From a virus (lineage: Duplodnaviria > Caudoviricetes), in IMG/VR virus record IMGVR_UViG_2879905790_000001, positions 132,982 through 196,981 of that record: DNA of 64,000 bases. The stretch is one strand, 5' to 3'. Of the stretch, positions 1 through 10,855 are shown piece after piece; the stretch's first letter is position 1, and every line of letters starts with the position of its first letter. The notes beneath the pieces were generated by a model, which was not told the DNA's origin, ran no database searches, and was given only the letters and a program-made list of their open reading frames with translations. The translations under genes were made by a program, and so were the position numbers.

Positions 1-100
1 AATGTCTAAAAACGAATATATTTCCATGGAAACACTTGAAAATATTTGTGTATATCTTAATTGCAATATTGAAAATGTTATTGAATTTATACCTAAATAA
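1..100 (+). CDS. C-terminal part of a Cro/C1-type (HTH_26-like) HTH protein, inside the IStron
   Basis: Frame reads ...MSKNEYISMETLENICVYLNCNIENVIEFIPK*, a typical XRE/HTH_26 C-terminus. The 5' part lies outside the window. Confidence 0.7.
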   Translation, partial: MSKNEYISMETLENICVYLNCNIENVIEFIPK

Positions 101-582
101 TTTAAATAATATATATAAGAACCGTAAATTCTTTAATCATGTTTGAGGTGTCGTTCATATAAGTTCGCTACTTCTTATACAGTTCTCTTATGAACTTCTT
201 ATACTTTCATATAAGCACAGACTATATCTTATCCCTCATCATTACATGTTAGGGTCTACCCACTTCGGACTGCTTAGTCCTACTTCCCTCAAGAGGAATA
301 GTCGTTGAGCCTTTCTCTATTCGAGACTTGGTTGCTGATTACCCATTATTAAAGTGTTTAGGATTTAACCTTGCACTATCCAATTAATTTTTTCTACTTT
401 CGTAACTTTCACACTTAGACTTATTTCATTCTTATGTTGTAGTTTAATTGGCTTTAGGGCTTCCCAGCAATTCAAGTAGTATTGGGTATTGTGACTAATA
501 CCACTACATATAGATTTCTCTATATGCTAACTGTTTGCCAACTAACTCATGACTGAAGTCACGAGTATGCGTTGACAAGTCA
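1..582 (-). mobile_element. IS605-type IStron (group I intron plus IS200/IS605 left end), 5' part, inserted in the tape measure gene
   Basis: Insertion directly after TTGAT (587-583). P1 pairs TTGAT with GTCAA, with U.G at the splice site. IS200/605-like hairpin CTCGTGAC-TTCA-GTCATGAG at 546-565. Group I core motifs CAACGACTAT (~298-307) and AAGATATAGTC (~220-230). The 3' end is outside the window. Confidence 0.8.
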
Positions 583-3453
583 ATCAATTTTAGATAAGTA
601 ATTTATATAATTAATATCATTTTTATTCTGTAAATCTACATCAGTTCTTAGCTGAGTAATTGTTCTATCAATAGATTTAACTTTATCATCGAACTGACCT
701 AATCTAGCTTCTAATATTTGAATATTTATTTTATTTAACTCTTCTTCAAGCTCAAGATTTTTCTTTTCCATATCCATTGATTTTCCAATCAAGTCCATCT
801 GTTCATCTATTGTAGAATGTATAGATGATTCTGAACCACCATATTCCTTCATGAATTTTTTAACTTTAGGAATATAATCTTTAGTTTCTTTGAATGGAGG
901 AACACCTCCGTATTTTTGAACATTTCCCATACCTGCATTATAAGCAGCTAATGCCAAATCTAAATTACCATTATATTTTTTCAGATATTTAGAAATTTCT
1001 TGTGTACCACCCATAATATTTTGACGTGGATCGAATGGATTATTTACTCCTAATTCTCTAGCTGTTTCAGGCATCAACTGCATTAAACCCATTGCCCCTG
1101 CACCAGAACGGTCATTAGGATTAAAATCTGATTCAGCTTTTATTATTGCAGCTATTAACGCAGCAGAAACTCCATATTTACTAGCTGCTTCATTTATATA
1201 ACTAGCATATTTACCACTATAGTTAGATGAAGTCGTTCTACTAACAGAGCTTCCTCCACTTGCATATCTTCTGGCAGTTGCATAATCACTTCTACTATTT
1301 AAACTAGAAACTTTAATTACATCACCTGACTTTGGTGCATGTATATATTGTCCATTTCCCATATATATTCCTACATGGTGTGGTGAAGATGGACTACCAA
1401 AGAAAACAGCGTCTCCTACTTGTAATTGATTTTTAGCAACAGGAGTTCCCTGTTTAACTTGGTCATATGTAGTTCTATTTAATTGTATTCCTACTTGTTT
1501 ATATACGTATTGAACTAATCCAGAACAGTCAAAAGATTCACTGGGGTTAGAGCCTCCCCATTTATATGGTTTTCCTAAATACTGTTGTGCATTTCTTACT
1601 ACTTGTTCACCAATACTATTGCCCATACCATTAACATATGAACCACCTACAGCACCTAGTGAGTTAGCTAATTGTCCATTCATAGCAATTTGTTGCTTAT
1701 TTAATGCAATTTCTTGTTTAATTAGATTCTGTTTTTCTTTTAATTTATTTATGTAACTATCACTATGTTCATATAATCTTCCTAATGCGATATTATTTTT
1801 AGTCATTTGAATTTCTAGTGATTTTAATGCTAATTCATATTGCTTTACCGCTTCTTTAGCTTTATTTACAGCTTCTCTATTTTTATCCGTCTCACCTGTA
1901 TTTTCTTTTAATGCATCTGTACTTTTTTTTAATTTTTCTGGGTCTGTAGGGTTGAAATCTGGTACATCGGGAGTTGTTGTACTAGTGGGTTGCTTATAAA
2001 TGCTATCTAATCTATCCAGTTCCTTTTGCCAATCTAACTTTTCACTTGTCAACATATCTACTGGTTTTTGAAAAGGATTTGTTCCTGTAATCTTTAAACT
2101 TGGAAGAACCTCATTAAAAGTATCTGCTAACTTTTGCTTTTTCCCAATTTCCTCTTGTAAAAAAAGTATCCTTTTTCTAGTCTCTTCATAAGACATTTTA
2201 GTCATTCCTCGTTGTGCTTGAGCATGTTGCTTTGCTGCTTCTAATTTAACTTTAGTAAGTTTGTCAACAGTAAGTCCTTCAGTGTTAAGAACATCTATCT
2301 CTGTATTTAGCAAACCTGTATTCTCAATTATTACATTACCTTCTTTATCTTTTGTCAGAATCAACCCTTTAACTTTATCATTTAAAGATTCGGATACATG
2401 ACTTAATTCCATTTCTTGGCTTTTGTTTTTATTTTTAATTGAAATTAATCTATTATATTCATCATATAACCCGATAATAGCATCTTTTTCTTGAATTTCA
2501 TAATCTGCATTTTCTTTTATTGCATTTGCCATGTCCAAATTAGCCATATGAGATGATGCTTTTGCTAGGTCAGCTATCTTTCCTGTTGTTTCATCAATTG
2601 TAAAGTTGTTATCTTTAAGTGCTTTTTTTAGTTCTTGAATTCGAGTTTCAGTTTCTTTTAACTGATTAGCAACTCCTAAACTTACTCCATCTTTCATATT
2701 GGGTGAACCTTCCATCATCTTTTTCAGTTCTTCCCTTTTTTTCATTAAACCCTGTAATTCATCTTGAGCCTTTTTAGGGTCTTCTGAAGCATTTTTTATA
2801 GCTTCTTTATTATTTTCTTTCATTGCCTTGGTTAAATCTTCATAACTTTGTTTTAGTTTTTTATTTTCTTCTCTCATTTTTGATTGATGTTTTATGTGTT
2901 TAATTACTGCTGCTGTTGCTACACCTATTGCTGTTGCTATACCTAAGAATATTAATCCCGTTGGCGTTGTCACTAAATTTAATAAGACTGTTCCTAAATT
3001 TGAAAATGCCCCTTTTAATTTACTTATAGATGGTAATCCTGCATCAGTTATATTAAATAATGTTTTAAATGCTGTACTTATCGAATATAAGTTTTTACCA
3101 TCTTTTAAAACATTAAAAAAATCTTTAAATCTTTTTGCTAATAAAATTGTTGTTGGCAGTAAAACTAATAAACTTAATTTCATACCACCACTTGAATTAA
3201 CTAATGCATCTAATACACCAACCAATTTAGTTCCTGATTGAACTATTACTTTTAAAGCATCACTAGAAATTATGGATTGATAAAACTCTTCCCAAGTATG
3301 TTTAAAATCTTTAACTTTTGCTTCAAGCGAATTTCCATAAATTTTATTAAATTTATCTTCGGAATCTCCTGCTGCTTTATTCACCTCTTTTTGAAGGTTA
3401 TTCACTTGATCTAAGTTATTCATCAATACCAAGAAATTTTCCCTTTGGTGCGT
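583..3453 (-). CDS. Tape measure protein exon 3, with NlpC/P60 and lytic transglycosylase (SLT) domains
   Basis: NlpC/P60 motifs YLGKPYKWGG, FDCSGLV, HVGIY. SLT motifs IIKAESDF, GAMGLMQLMP, ALAAYNAG. Long coiled coils. Joins exon 2 in frame (SLAG|THQRENFLVLMNN). Confidence 0.9.
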
Positions 3454-4746
3454 CAAGCTGTTACTTTCACTTGCAAAAACAAGTTACTGACCATAACAAA
3501 TTATTTTGCTATGGCGGGAATGGTACTTCTTTAGGTAATTATTTCATACCGACCATTCCTCTCTATGTTTCCATAGACGATCAGACTCTATCTTCATCCT
3601 ATATTTTTTATAGGAGGCGAACGTACTAGTCGTTACGGATTTTATTTATTTAAAATATAGTATTTAATTTATCTAAATCTTTCTCAAATAATTCAATTAA
3701 TTTTATGTTATTATCTTTACATATCTGTCTTTTTATTTCCATCTTTTTATAATAATAAGATTTATCTGGGAGTCCAAAATATTCAACAAAAACATTATTA
3801 TCTATAATCCAATCACATCTTTTGGTTTTGCATCTTTCATCATCCATATAGTCTTTATAATATGGTTCTTTGATATATTTAATATTATTTTTTATAAAGA
3901 AATCAGTAATTATTGTTTCTGCATTTGAAAAACAAACATCTCCGTTTAAAGATTTAGGTATTTTTCTTTTTTTGCCAAATAAACATATATTAATATCTAA
4001 ATCTGCTAATTTACATGCATTAATATAAGAACCAAAATATCTTCTATAAGACGACTCAGATGGCAAGTTATATAATCTTAATTCGGGTATTTTTGGTGTT
4101 CTACCTAATTTATCAGCTAAGTTTTGCAATTGTTCAAGCATATCATCTGGATTATATTTCTTTACTCCTTTTTTATCTTTTTTTAAATTATTTTTATTAG
4201 CCATTGTTCTAATGCTTTCTACATTTCTATTAGTAAAAAACTTTTCTGACAACTCTTTATTAGTATATTTTCCATATACTCGTTCTAATAATTTCATTTC
4301 ATCTTCTGACCATTTATCTGTTTTATGTAATTTTAAATTATTAGCTTTTGTCATTATTGCAACTGGAGTTTTATTTAAATGTTTTGCTATCTCCTCTATA
4401 GGCATTTTATCATAATTATTTTTTAAAAAATCTATATCTTTATCTGTATAATAAAAACCCTGTCTTTTTATATTTAATTTATATGCCTTATGGATTATAC
4501 TTTCTTTATTTGAACATTGTAAAACTTCAAATAAAAAATCCCAACTACTGTTAGGATAATATTTTTTCAATAATTCTATTTTCTCGCTTGTCCACTTTAT
4601 ATTCATCACCATCTTTTTTATTTTATTACACTATATTTTAAATAAATAATCTTTCCTCGGAATTGCCCACATCATTACATGTTTGGGGTTTTCCCGATAT
4701 GGTTCGCTTCTTAATATACATTGCTGTATACTCAGGCACACATTTT
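3454..4746 (-). ncRNA. Group I intron 2 of the tape measure gene (endonuclease-containing)
   Basis: P1 CAGGT/GCCTG with U.G. P10 TGTGT pairs with 3' exon ACGCA. Terminal G at 3454. Core motifs TAACGACTAGT and GAAGATAGAGTCT near 3580-3635. Removal restores the frame. Confidence 0.88.
3650..4612 (-). CDS. Intron-encoded putative homing endonuclease (Myb/SANT-like and endonuclease-associated repeats plus a PD-(D/E)xK/Vsr-like domain)
   Basis: Lies inside intron 2. Repeated W/Y-T-x-E-x-I-x-LL units and a LGRTP...Y.R.FGS repeat. C-terminal S..E, CDW..., FVEYFG, KLIEL pattern. Confidence 0.75.
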   Translation of the reverse strand: MVMNIKWTSEKIELLKKYYPNSSWDFLFEVLQCSNKESIIHKAYKLNIKRQGFYYTDKDIDFLKNNYDKMPIEEIAKHLNKTPVAIMTKANNLKLHKTDKWSEDEMKLLERVYGKYTNKELSEKFFTNRNVESIRTMANKNNLKKDKKGVKKYNPDDMLEQLQNLADKLGRTPKIPELRLYNLPSESSYRRYFGSYINACKLADLDINICLFGKKRKIPKSLNGDVCFSNAETIITDFFIKNNIKYIKEPYYKDYMDDERCKTKRCDWIIDNNVFVEYFGLPDKSYYYKKMEIKRQICKDNNIKLIELFEKDLDKLNTIF

Positions 4747-5355
4747 ACCTGCTAAACTTTTGGCTATATCTGCTTTTTCTAAATCATTGAATTCTTTCCA
4801 TTTTGGTTTAAGCTCTTCAATAATTTGAGAAAACTCTTTGAAATGATACTTATCTTTTCTAAGTGCAACTCCTACTTTATCCAACGACTTTTCAACGTTA
4901 GATATAGTTACACCATCATCAACATTAATATTTTGTTTAATATCTTGAAATCTTGCGAACATGGTTTTAAAGGATTCACCAATACTTTCCGCAGATTTTC
5001 TTGTTGTAGCTGAAACTGTAGCCACATAAGATGCTAATGTTTCAAAACTTACTCCTGCCATTTGTGCTGAAGATGATGTTCTCATCATAGCAGTAGCAAC
5101 TTCTTGGAATGAAGTAGCAGAAGCATTATCTAATGTTGAAATAGTATCTATAACATGCATTACTACCTCTTCATAACTTTTTCCATCTTTCTGTGCTTGT
5201 TCAGTCATATTACTAAAACCGTTAGTTATTGCAATTAATTGTTCTGAAACTGCTCTATTATCTTGTCCTGAAATTGCACCACCAATTGTAGAAGCCTTTA
5301 ATAATCCTTTAGTTTCTTCTACGCTTCTACCAGCTCTAAGGAACTCTTCTGCACC
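4747..5355 (-). CDS. Tape measure protein exon 2 (TP901-type TMP core)
   Basis: TMP-like motifs (DNASATSFQEVATAM, TRKSAESIGESFKTMFAR). Bounded by two group I splice sites and in frame with both neighbours. Confidence 0.88.
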
Positions 5356-5693
5356 CATTAATTATTTAAATTAATCAATAGACTATATCATACTTATTAG
5401 GTTAAGTCCTCGCACTTCCACCCATAGAGTTTCGCTATGGATGTACTAATAGTGTTAATTCACTCTACTTCCTTATTTACATAAACAACCCTAATTACAT
5501 TTATGCTATGGTTTCGATAGTCGTTTAACGATTATATATTTAAAAATAAATATAATTTCGCACAGGATTGGATTTCTCTTCCCCTGTTAGCACATTTATT
5601 AACAAATTATTTCCCATTTGATACTTTAACGTTAAATGTACACCCTAGATTTCTAGGTTCACGAGGTTTTACATGGGCAATAGTGCTTTGTTC
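5356..5693 (-). ncRNA. Group I intron 1 of the tape measure gene (338 nt, no ORF)
   Basis: P1 ATGGGT/GCCCAT with U.G. P10 GCACT pairs with 3' exon GGTGC. Core motifs AAACGACTAT and GATATAGTC. Terminal G at 5356. Splicing gives ...EMMG|GAEEF... Confidence 0.88.
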
Positions 5694-7160
5694 ACCCATC
5701 ATTTCTAATGTAGTAGTATGTAATTGACCTGCTAATTTGCTGTACTCATCAGTCAAACCTGCGACTTCTTTTTTACCAATACCAGCTATCATACTTATAT
5801 TAGTTTGAGCTTTATCTAAATCAGCTATAAAGCCAATACCTTCCTTGACCTTATGTATGGCTTCCATCCAAGCAGTAGTAGCACCTATCCAAATGGGAAA
5901 CTTTGTCATTGCCTCACCAATAGAAGCTAATATACCCCCATTCCCCTTTTTACCACCACTATTTACAGAGTTCTCTAATTTATCATATTCATTTTTTATA
6001 ACCTTCAATTGCCTAGCGTATTCTTCAGGTTCTTTTGAATTTGCTAATTTAGCCATTTCTTCTCTTAGTTTTTTTAAATCAGCTTCTTTAATTAATTTCC
6101 CATAAGAATCTGTTAATTTTTTTATTTTATTTTCATATCCTTGTATTGCTACAGGAGCATCTTTCATTATCTTTTCTTTTTTTTTCATTTCGGTGTTATT
6201 TTCTTTAATTGTTTTATTTTCAAAATTCATTTTGCTAACTAAAATATCAAGTTCTTTTTGAATACTTTTACTCATAGACTCACTAGATGATTTTGTTTTA
6301 TCAATTAAAGTCTGTGCTTGTTCAAGATTCTTAACAAACAATTGACTTTGCCTTCCATCACCTAATTTTATATTTTTTTCATTTAATTTATCTATGGTTT
6401 TCTGATATTGTTCTAATGTTTTTATACTTTTTTGTACATTTTCAGTAGTATTAAACCCTGTATTTTCTAAAGATAAACCTTTATTTATAACATTTTCTTT
6501 TCTTTTTATATCTTCTTTTATTTTATACGCCTGTTCAACTAATTTATTATCATTATCTACATAACTAATTTTTGCACTTTGAATTCTACCATTTCCGCTT
6601 TCACTAACCTTTAATTTAGCTATAGAACCAGTTAATTCTTCTATCTTTTTTCTTTCTTTTTCCAATGATTTAATTATTTTATCCTGATCTTGTAATCTTG
6701 TATCAGTCACAGCTTTTAATTTATCAATATACTTTCCATCGTTACCTATATTTTTAAATGATTTATCTATCTCGTAATTCTTTGTTACAATATTTCCTGC
6801 CTTGTCTTCATACTGAGCCATAGCACCTATTATCTTTCCATAATCATCTTTTATAGAATTAACATTTACATTTGACCCTATGTTTTTTAAATTATTTTTT
6901 ATTTTATCTATTTGTTGTTCAAATTGTTTATTTACATTATCAAAAGTCTTTATAAATGTTTGACTAGATTGGTTACTAGCTTTAATAATTTCTTGCTGTA
7001 GTTTATTTATTTGTTGCTGCATTTTATCTAAAGACATACCATCTGAAAAATCTAGTTTTATTTTACTATTTTCTCCTACTTTACCTAAAAGAGTTTCAAC
7101 TCTAGTAGTTAAAGAACCTAAATCTTCTAAAGTAAACGAAGTATGTATACCTAAACTCAT
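5694..7160 (-). CDS. Tape measure protein exon 1
   Basis: GGAGG RBS before ATG 7160 (MSLGIH...). Coiled coil, then TMP motifs KFPIWIGATT and DLDKAQTNI. Confidence 0.85.
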
Positions 7161-7324
7161 TTTAAAATTCCTCCTTTCATATTTGTTTACTTTAAATTTA
7201 TTTACATAATATTTTTTATGTGAATAAATTAAACAAAAATAAAAAGACATTATAAAAAATGCCTTTAAATCTTAATTTTATGCAAAATTAAAAAAACCTC
7301 TAAGCTTTTATCAGCTAGAAGTTT

Positions 7325-7951
7325 TCAATTAATTAATTTTTTTATATCATTGATTCCATAAGATTCTTTTGTTAAATTTAATATTTTTTCATTGTTGTTA
7401 TTATCTTCTTCAAATTTAATTATCATACAAACACATTTCTCATTTTCATATTCAATAAGTGTTTGTAATTTGTTTTCCATTTTTTCAAAGCCAACCTTAT
7501 TATAAACATGTTTAGTTTTTTTATCATCTAAAGATAAAACTAATATTGCTTGAACTCCTATTAATTTTCTTATAAAAAAAATATGTGGTAATACATAATT
7601 TAATAATATATTTTGCCCAAGTTTTTTATTTTGATAATCCATGTGAACTGCAAATCGAGAAAGTTCTATAGTTGGTATAACTATATATTTTCTTTTATCA
7701 TCATCTGGTAATTGCTTATCTTCAAATTCGGGATTTTCCATTTGTATAGAATTAGATCGTAAGGTATAATAAGCAATAATTTGATTTTTTACATCACTTT
7801 TTATTAAATAAGTATTACCTTCTCCTGTAGTATTATAATGAAAAGCTTCATTTTTAAGAAAATTGGCTAATGAATCATATTCTATACCACATTCAAAATC
7901 ATCTACTTCTCTAAAATGTTTATCACTTAATCGTTCTAAATATAATGACAT
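7325..7951 (-). CDS. GNAT-family acetyltransferase, probable type II toxin
   Basis: DDFECG...LANFLK, IAYYTL, IPTIELSRFAVHMDYQNKKLG and YNKVGF match TA-type GNATs. Preceded by a small gene. Confidence 0.8.
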   Translation of the reverse strand: MSLYLERLSDKHFREVDDFECGIEYDSLANFLKNEAFHYNTTGEGNTYLIKSDVKNQIIAYYTLRSNSIQMENPEFEDKQLPDDDKRKYIVIPTIELSRFAVHMDYQNKKLGQNILLNYVLPHIFFIRKLIGVQAILVLSLDDKKTKHVYNKVGFEKMENKLQTLIEYENEKCVCMIIKFEEDNNNNEKILNLTKESYGINDIKKLIN

Positions 7952-7966
7952 ACATAAACCCTTTCT

Positions 7967-8191
7967 TTATAAGCCTTCTTTTTCCACGATTTCTTTTAAT
8001 TTTTTACCACACTCTTTAAAAACATTCAATTTTAAGGTACTTTTCTCCATATCTTTTAATAAAATTTTAGCGTCTTCTTTTTTTAAGCAAGGTAAAACTC
8101 CCATAGATACTGCCATCATCTTTTCCCCCTTTTGTTTTTTTACTTTAAGCTTGTACACTTTTTTATAGCCTGTCCATCTCTTTATATCCAT
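7967..8191 (-). CDS. Putative antitoxin of the GNAT toxin (internal start 8119, fused MDIKRW leader)
   Basis: Small gene directly upstream of the GNAT. Second RBS GGGGGA before ATG 8119. Confidence 0.6.
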   Translation of the reverse strand: MDIKRWTGYKKVYKLKVKKQKGEKMMAVSMGVLPCLKKEDAKILLKDMEKSTLKLNVFKECGKKLKEIVEKEGL

Positions 8192-8294
8192 TTTACCACC
8201 TCATATACCAAAATTCAACATTTTGTCGAGCGATTTAATATGTAAATATGCATATAATCTATTTCGTTCGTATATAATAAATAATTAGCATATT

Positions 8295-8446
8295 TATATA
8301 TTACCATAAATTGGTATAATATTGATGATAATTCGTACCAAAAATATAGACAGAATGGTTATTAAAAGTTATTAATTATATATTAAGATACAAAGTTTTA
8401 TTGAGAATTTTATCGAATAAAAACTTTTAGCTTTGATTTATTAAGA
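8295..8446. repeat. ~150-bp diverged direct repeat, copy A (upstream of the GNAT TA operon)
   Basis: Shares blocks TATATATTACCATA, ATGATAATTCGT, AGACAGAATGG, TATTAAAA, AGAATTTT, CTTTGATT..TTAAGA, in order and spacing, with 13028-13180. Confidence 0.85.
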
Positions 8447-8770
8447 TCGTAAACCTCATACGATTAAGGTCATGTAATTCTTTATACATTGTTTGATATT
8501 TAAGTTTTCACATATTACTACGCCACTCTTAAACGTATTGGATTGTCCAAAAATCCATTATCCATCATCTTTATCAAAGAATTTGGAGTACATTTTAAAT
8601 ACTTTCTCATTATATCATCTATTTTTTAAGCAAATTATAAATATCTTTCTCATTCAATTTAAATATTTTTTTTACTTTTTTTCCACATTTAATCATATTT
8701 TTAAAGCTTTTATTTTTAATGCTTAGTTCTGTATTATTTTTTAATGAGATATTTTTTACCATAATTGAAT

Positions 8771-8929
8771 CTACCTACCTTTTATAAGTTTAATCTTTTT
8801 AGTGCCATTTAATACTTCCTCACTCCATTCAAAAGGTATAACATTTTTTAATGCCTCTTTTGATGATATAGTAGTTATGTTTTTTGTTGCTAATTTATCT
8901 AATTTCAGAGACCTCTTCATAATATTCAT
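8771..8929 (-). CDS. Small 52-aa protein, antitoxin-like
   Basis: Not in the ORF track. GGGAGTG RBS. MNIMKRSLKLDKLATKNITTISSKEALKNVIPFEWSEEVLNGTKKIKLIKGR. Confidence 0.6.
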   Translation of the reverse strand: MNIMKRSLKLDKLATKNITTISSKEALKNVIPFEWSEEVLNGTKKIKLIKGR

Positions 8930-8982
8930 CACTCCCAGTACAAATATTTATAATAAACCCTTTATAAGTTATATATCTTAGT

Positions 8983-9204
8983 TTATCTATTATATTTTCT
9001 ATACTTTTCAATAAGTTCTTCTTCATACCAGTCTGCAAAGCAATCACCTTATTCGCTCTTATATATGTTTTACTCTATTGTAAGCAGAAACTCTTCTTTA
9101 GTAGCTTTCTGTAATGCTAAACTATACTTACTTGTATTTTTCTCCTTTTTGTAATTTTGACTTTCTTTATCTCTGTAATCTTTTAAGCTAATTATTTTTC
9201 CCAT
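8983..9204 (-). pseudogene. Small MGKIISLKDY protein with two in-frame TAA codons
   Basis: GAGGT RBS. Frame continues ...LTIE*NIYKSE*GDCFADWYEEELIEKYRKYNR*. Confidence 0.5.
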
Positions 9205-9223
9205 ACAACTACCTCTTCGTCCC

Positions 9224-9448
9224 TTAATTTATATTTTTGATATCATTATCTTTATATAACTCATCCCACTCTGTTTCTTTTCTCCATTCATCTTCTTTAG
9301 TTAATAAACTTCTACCTTTATCATCAGTTTTTATATTTTTCATTAACAAAGTTTTTAGCTTTACTTTATCATCTCTAATATGTGTCTTTTGCTTATCTCT
9401 TGTGAATGTGAATGATTGACTACAGTTCATCCATCTTTTTATATTCAT
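9224..9448 (-). CDS. Small MNIKRW-leader protein, antitoxin-like acidic C-terminus
   Basis: AGGAG RBS. Ends KTDDKGRSLLTKEDEWRKETEWDELY... Confidence 0.65.
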   Translation of the reverse strand: MNIKRWMNCSQSFTFTRDKQKTHIRDDKVKLKTLLMKNIKTDDKGRSLLTKEDEWRKETEWDELYKDNDIKNIN

Positions 9449-9452
9449 ACTA

Positions 9453-9701
9453 TTACTCCTTAGTCTCTTGCTTGATATTCTCTATTATATTTTCTACCTG
9501 TTCTTTTGTTAAACCTTTCTTTTTGGCAGCATTAGTGAATATATCTGCAATAATATCCCATTCACACTTATCTTCTTCTTCATCTTCTGAAATTATAACT
9601 TGTCCCATTTTATTTCTTTTAGTATTTTTTTCAGCAATTATAGTAGCTTTATATAGATTATTATCTAGTTCTTTTTGCAATTCAGATAATCTGTCACTCA
9701 T
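9453..9701 (-). CDS. Small protein, antitoxin-like
   Basis: GAGGTG RBS, tightly packed in the operon. Contains KRNKMGQVIISEDEE..EWD and AKKKGLTKEQVE. Confidence 0.65.
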   Translation of the reverse strand: MSDRLSELQKELDNNLYKATIIAEKNTKRNKMGQVIISEDEEEDKCEWDIIADIFTNAAKKKGLTKEQVENIIENIKQETKE

Positions 9702-9704
9702 AGA

Positions 9705-9866
9705 TTACACCTCATTTTCTGATTCTTCTGCCCATTTATCCCATAATTGTTGAGATTCTTTTAATGATTTTAATTTTTTCTTACCTTTATTAAAATCCTG
9801 TATTTCTTGAAAACTTATTTCTATAGATTTTAATATATCATTAGGTCTTTGACTTATTTTTTTCAT
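9705..9866 (-). CDS. Small 53-aa protein resembling RelE-partner antitoxin C-termini
   Basis: Not in the ORF track. GAGG RBS. MKKISQRPNDILKSIEISFQEIQDFIKGKKKLKSLKESQQLWDKWAEESENEV. Confidence 0.6.
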   Translation of the reverse strand: MKKISQRPNDILKSIEISFQEIQDFNKGKKKLKSLKESQQLWDKWAEESENEV

Positions 9867-9890
9867 AATAAAACCTCTTAATAATCTTAT

Positions 9891-10088
9891 TTAATCTTCC
9901 TCTCTATATTTTCCTCTCATTTTATTACATATCTCATCCTCTTCTTGAGTAGATTTATAATTTCTATCATAATAATCATAGACTTCTTTTCTCTTTTTTG
10001 GGTCAACAATCATATCTGACATAGAATAAGATTCTATTTATATTCTTTTGTTTTGAGAGTATGCTTCTAAATCTATTATCTTTCTCAT
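9891..10088 (-). pseudogene. Small MRKIIDLEAY protein with one in-frame TAA
   Basis: AGGAGG RBS before ATG 10088. Frame continues after TAA 10040-10038 as IESYSMSDMIVDPKKRKEVYDYY... Confidence 0.5.
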
Positions 10089-10325
10089 ATCCTTCCTCCT
10101 GATTAATAAAAGTTCTAATAGTTCCTTACCTTTAGCTAACTTTGCTTCTACATCTATATCCTCAATTTCTATTTTATCATTATGATCTTCCTCAAAAAAC
10201 ATATCTAAGTATCTATCATCATCATATAGTAAATCTGCTTTTGCTTCCATTATTTCTTCCTTCGTTAAGGTTTCTTTTGGTTTTATTTCTTTTTTATAAT
10301 CAAAAATATCAATTATTTTACCCAT
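10038..10325 (-). CDS. Small acidic MGKIIDIFDY protein, read through into the next gene
   Basis: ORF track. GGAGTG RBS. Confidence 0.6.
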   Translation of the reverse strand: MGKIIDIFDYKKEIKPKETLTKEEIMEAKADLLYDDDRYLDMFFEEDHNDKIEIEDIDVEAKLAKGKELLELLLIRRKDMRKIIDLEAYSQNKRI

Positions 10326-10341
10326 AATTTTCACTCCGTAC

Positions 10342-10497
10342 TTACGAATCAGCTAGTTTCTTTAACGCTTTAGCATATTTTTTATTACACTTTTTAATTG
10401 ATAAAATTACATCTTTAGTATTTGCCACTGTATAGTTTTGTGATGTATTTTTTTCTTTAAGCTTATTTTTATTATCATTCCACCTTTTGACATTCAT
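10342..10497 (-). CDS. Small 51-aa MNVKRW-leader protein with a Doc-antitoxin-like C-terminus
   Basis: Not in the ORF track. AGGAG RBS. Ends CNKKYAKALKKLADS. Confidence 0.6.
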   Translation of the reverse strand: MNVKRWNDNKNKLKEKNTSQNYTVANTKDVILSIKKCNKKYAKALKKLADS

Positions 10498-10521
10498 AAT
10501 TTTTCTCCTATACTTTTGAAA

Positions 10522-10716
10522 TTATTTTTTAGATGGTTTCTTATATAAATTAGCAACTCTTTTACATTTATCTAAGTATTCTTTAGTTAGTCCTGGTTTT
10601 TCTAACTTTTTAACTATACTATTGAAATCATCTTTGGATACTGTAAATTCAAATATATTATTACTTCTATTATATATCTTCACATTCTTTAAAATAATCA
10701 TATAAAGACTTTTCAT
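10522..10716 (-). CDS. Small protein similar to the GNAT-antitoxin candidate
   Basis: SKDDFNSIVKKLEKPGLTKEYLDKC aligns without gaps to KKEDAKILLKDMEKSTLKLNVFKEC of 7967-8191. Confidence 0.5.
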   Translation of the reverse strand: MKSLYMIILKNVKIYNRSNNIFEFTVSKDDFNSIVKKLEKPGLTKEYLDKCKRVANLYKKPSKK

Positions 10717-10855
10717 TTATTGGTTTTACAAATTGTGAAAATATTTCTCTTCCTTCTGCATATTCTTCTTGAGAAAGAGTGTTCTTAGTTATTTTTGTAT
10801 TTAAAAAAGATTGTTCATTTTTATTTTTTTCTCTTATAGAATCTAATGTTATCAT
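10670..10855 (-). CDS. Small hypothetical protein
   Basis: GAGAGAGG RBS before MITLDS. Confidence 0.55.
   Translation of the reverse strand: MITLDSIREKNKNEQSFLNTKITKNTLSQEEYAEGREIFSQFVKPINEKSLYDYFKECEDI

Noticed and set aside
580-7250. Three separate genes, or a pseudogenised tape measure gene
   Set aside because: The gaps carry group I splice signals and their removal restores one reading frame.
8447-8765. Additional gene at the end of the small-gene operon
   Set aside because: Only short broken frames; probably a decayed remnant that I cannot assign.
8983-10088. Stop-codon reassignment or readthrough suggested by in-frame TAA codons
   Set aside because: TAA is the normal stop for conserved genes throughout the window and no suppressor tRNA is seen. 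Local decay is simpler.
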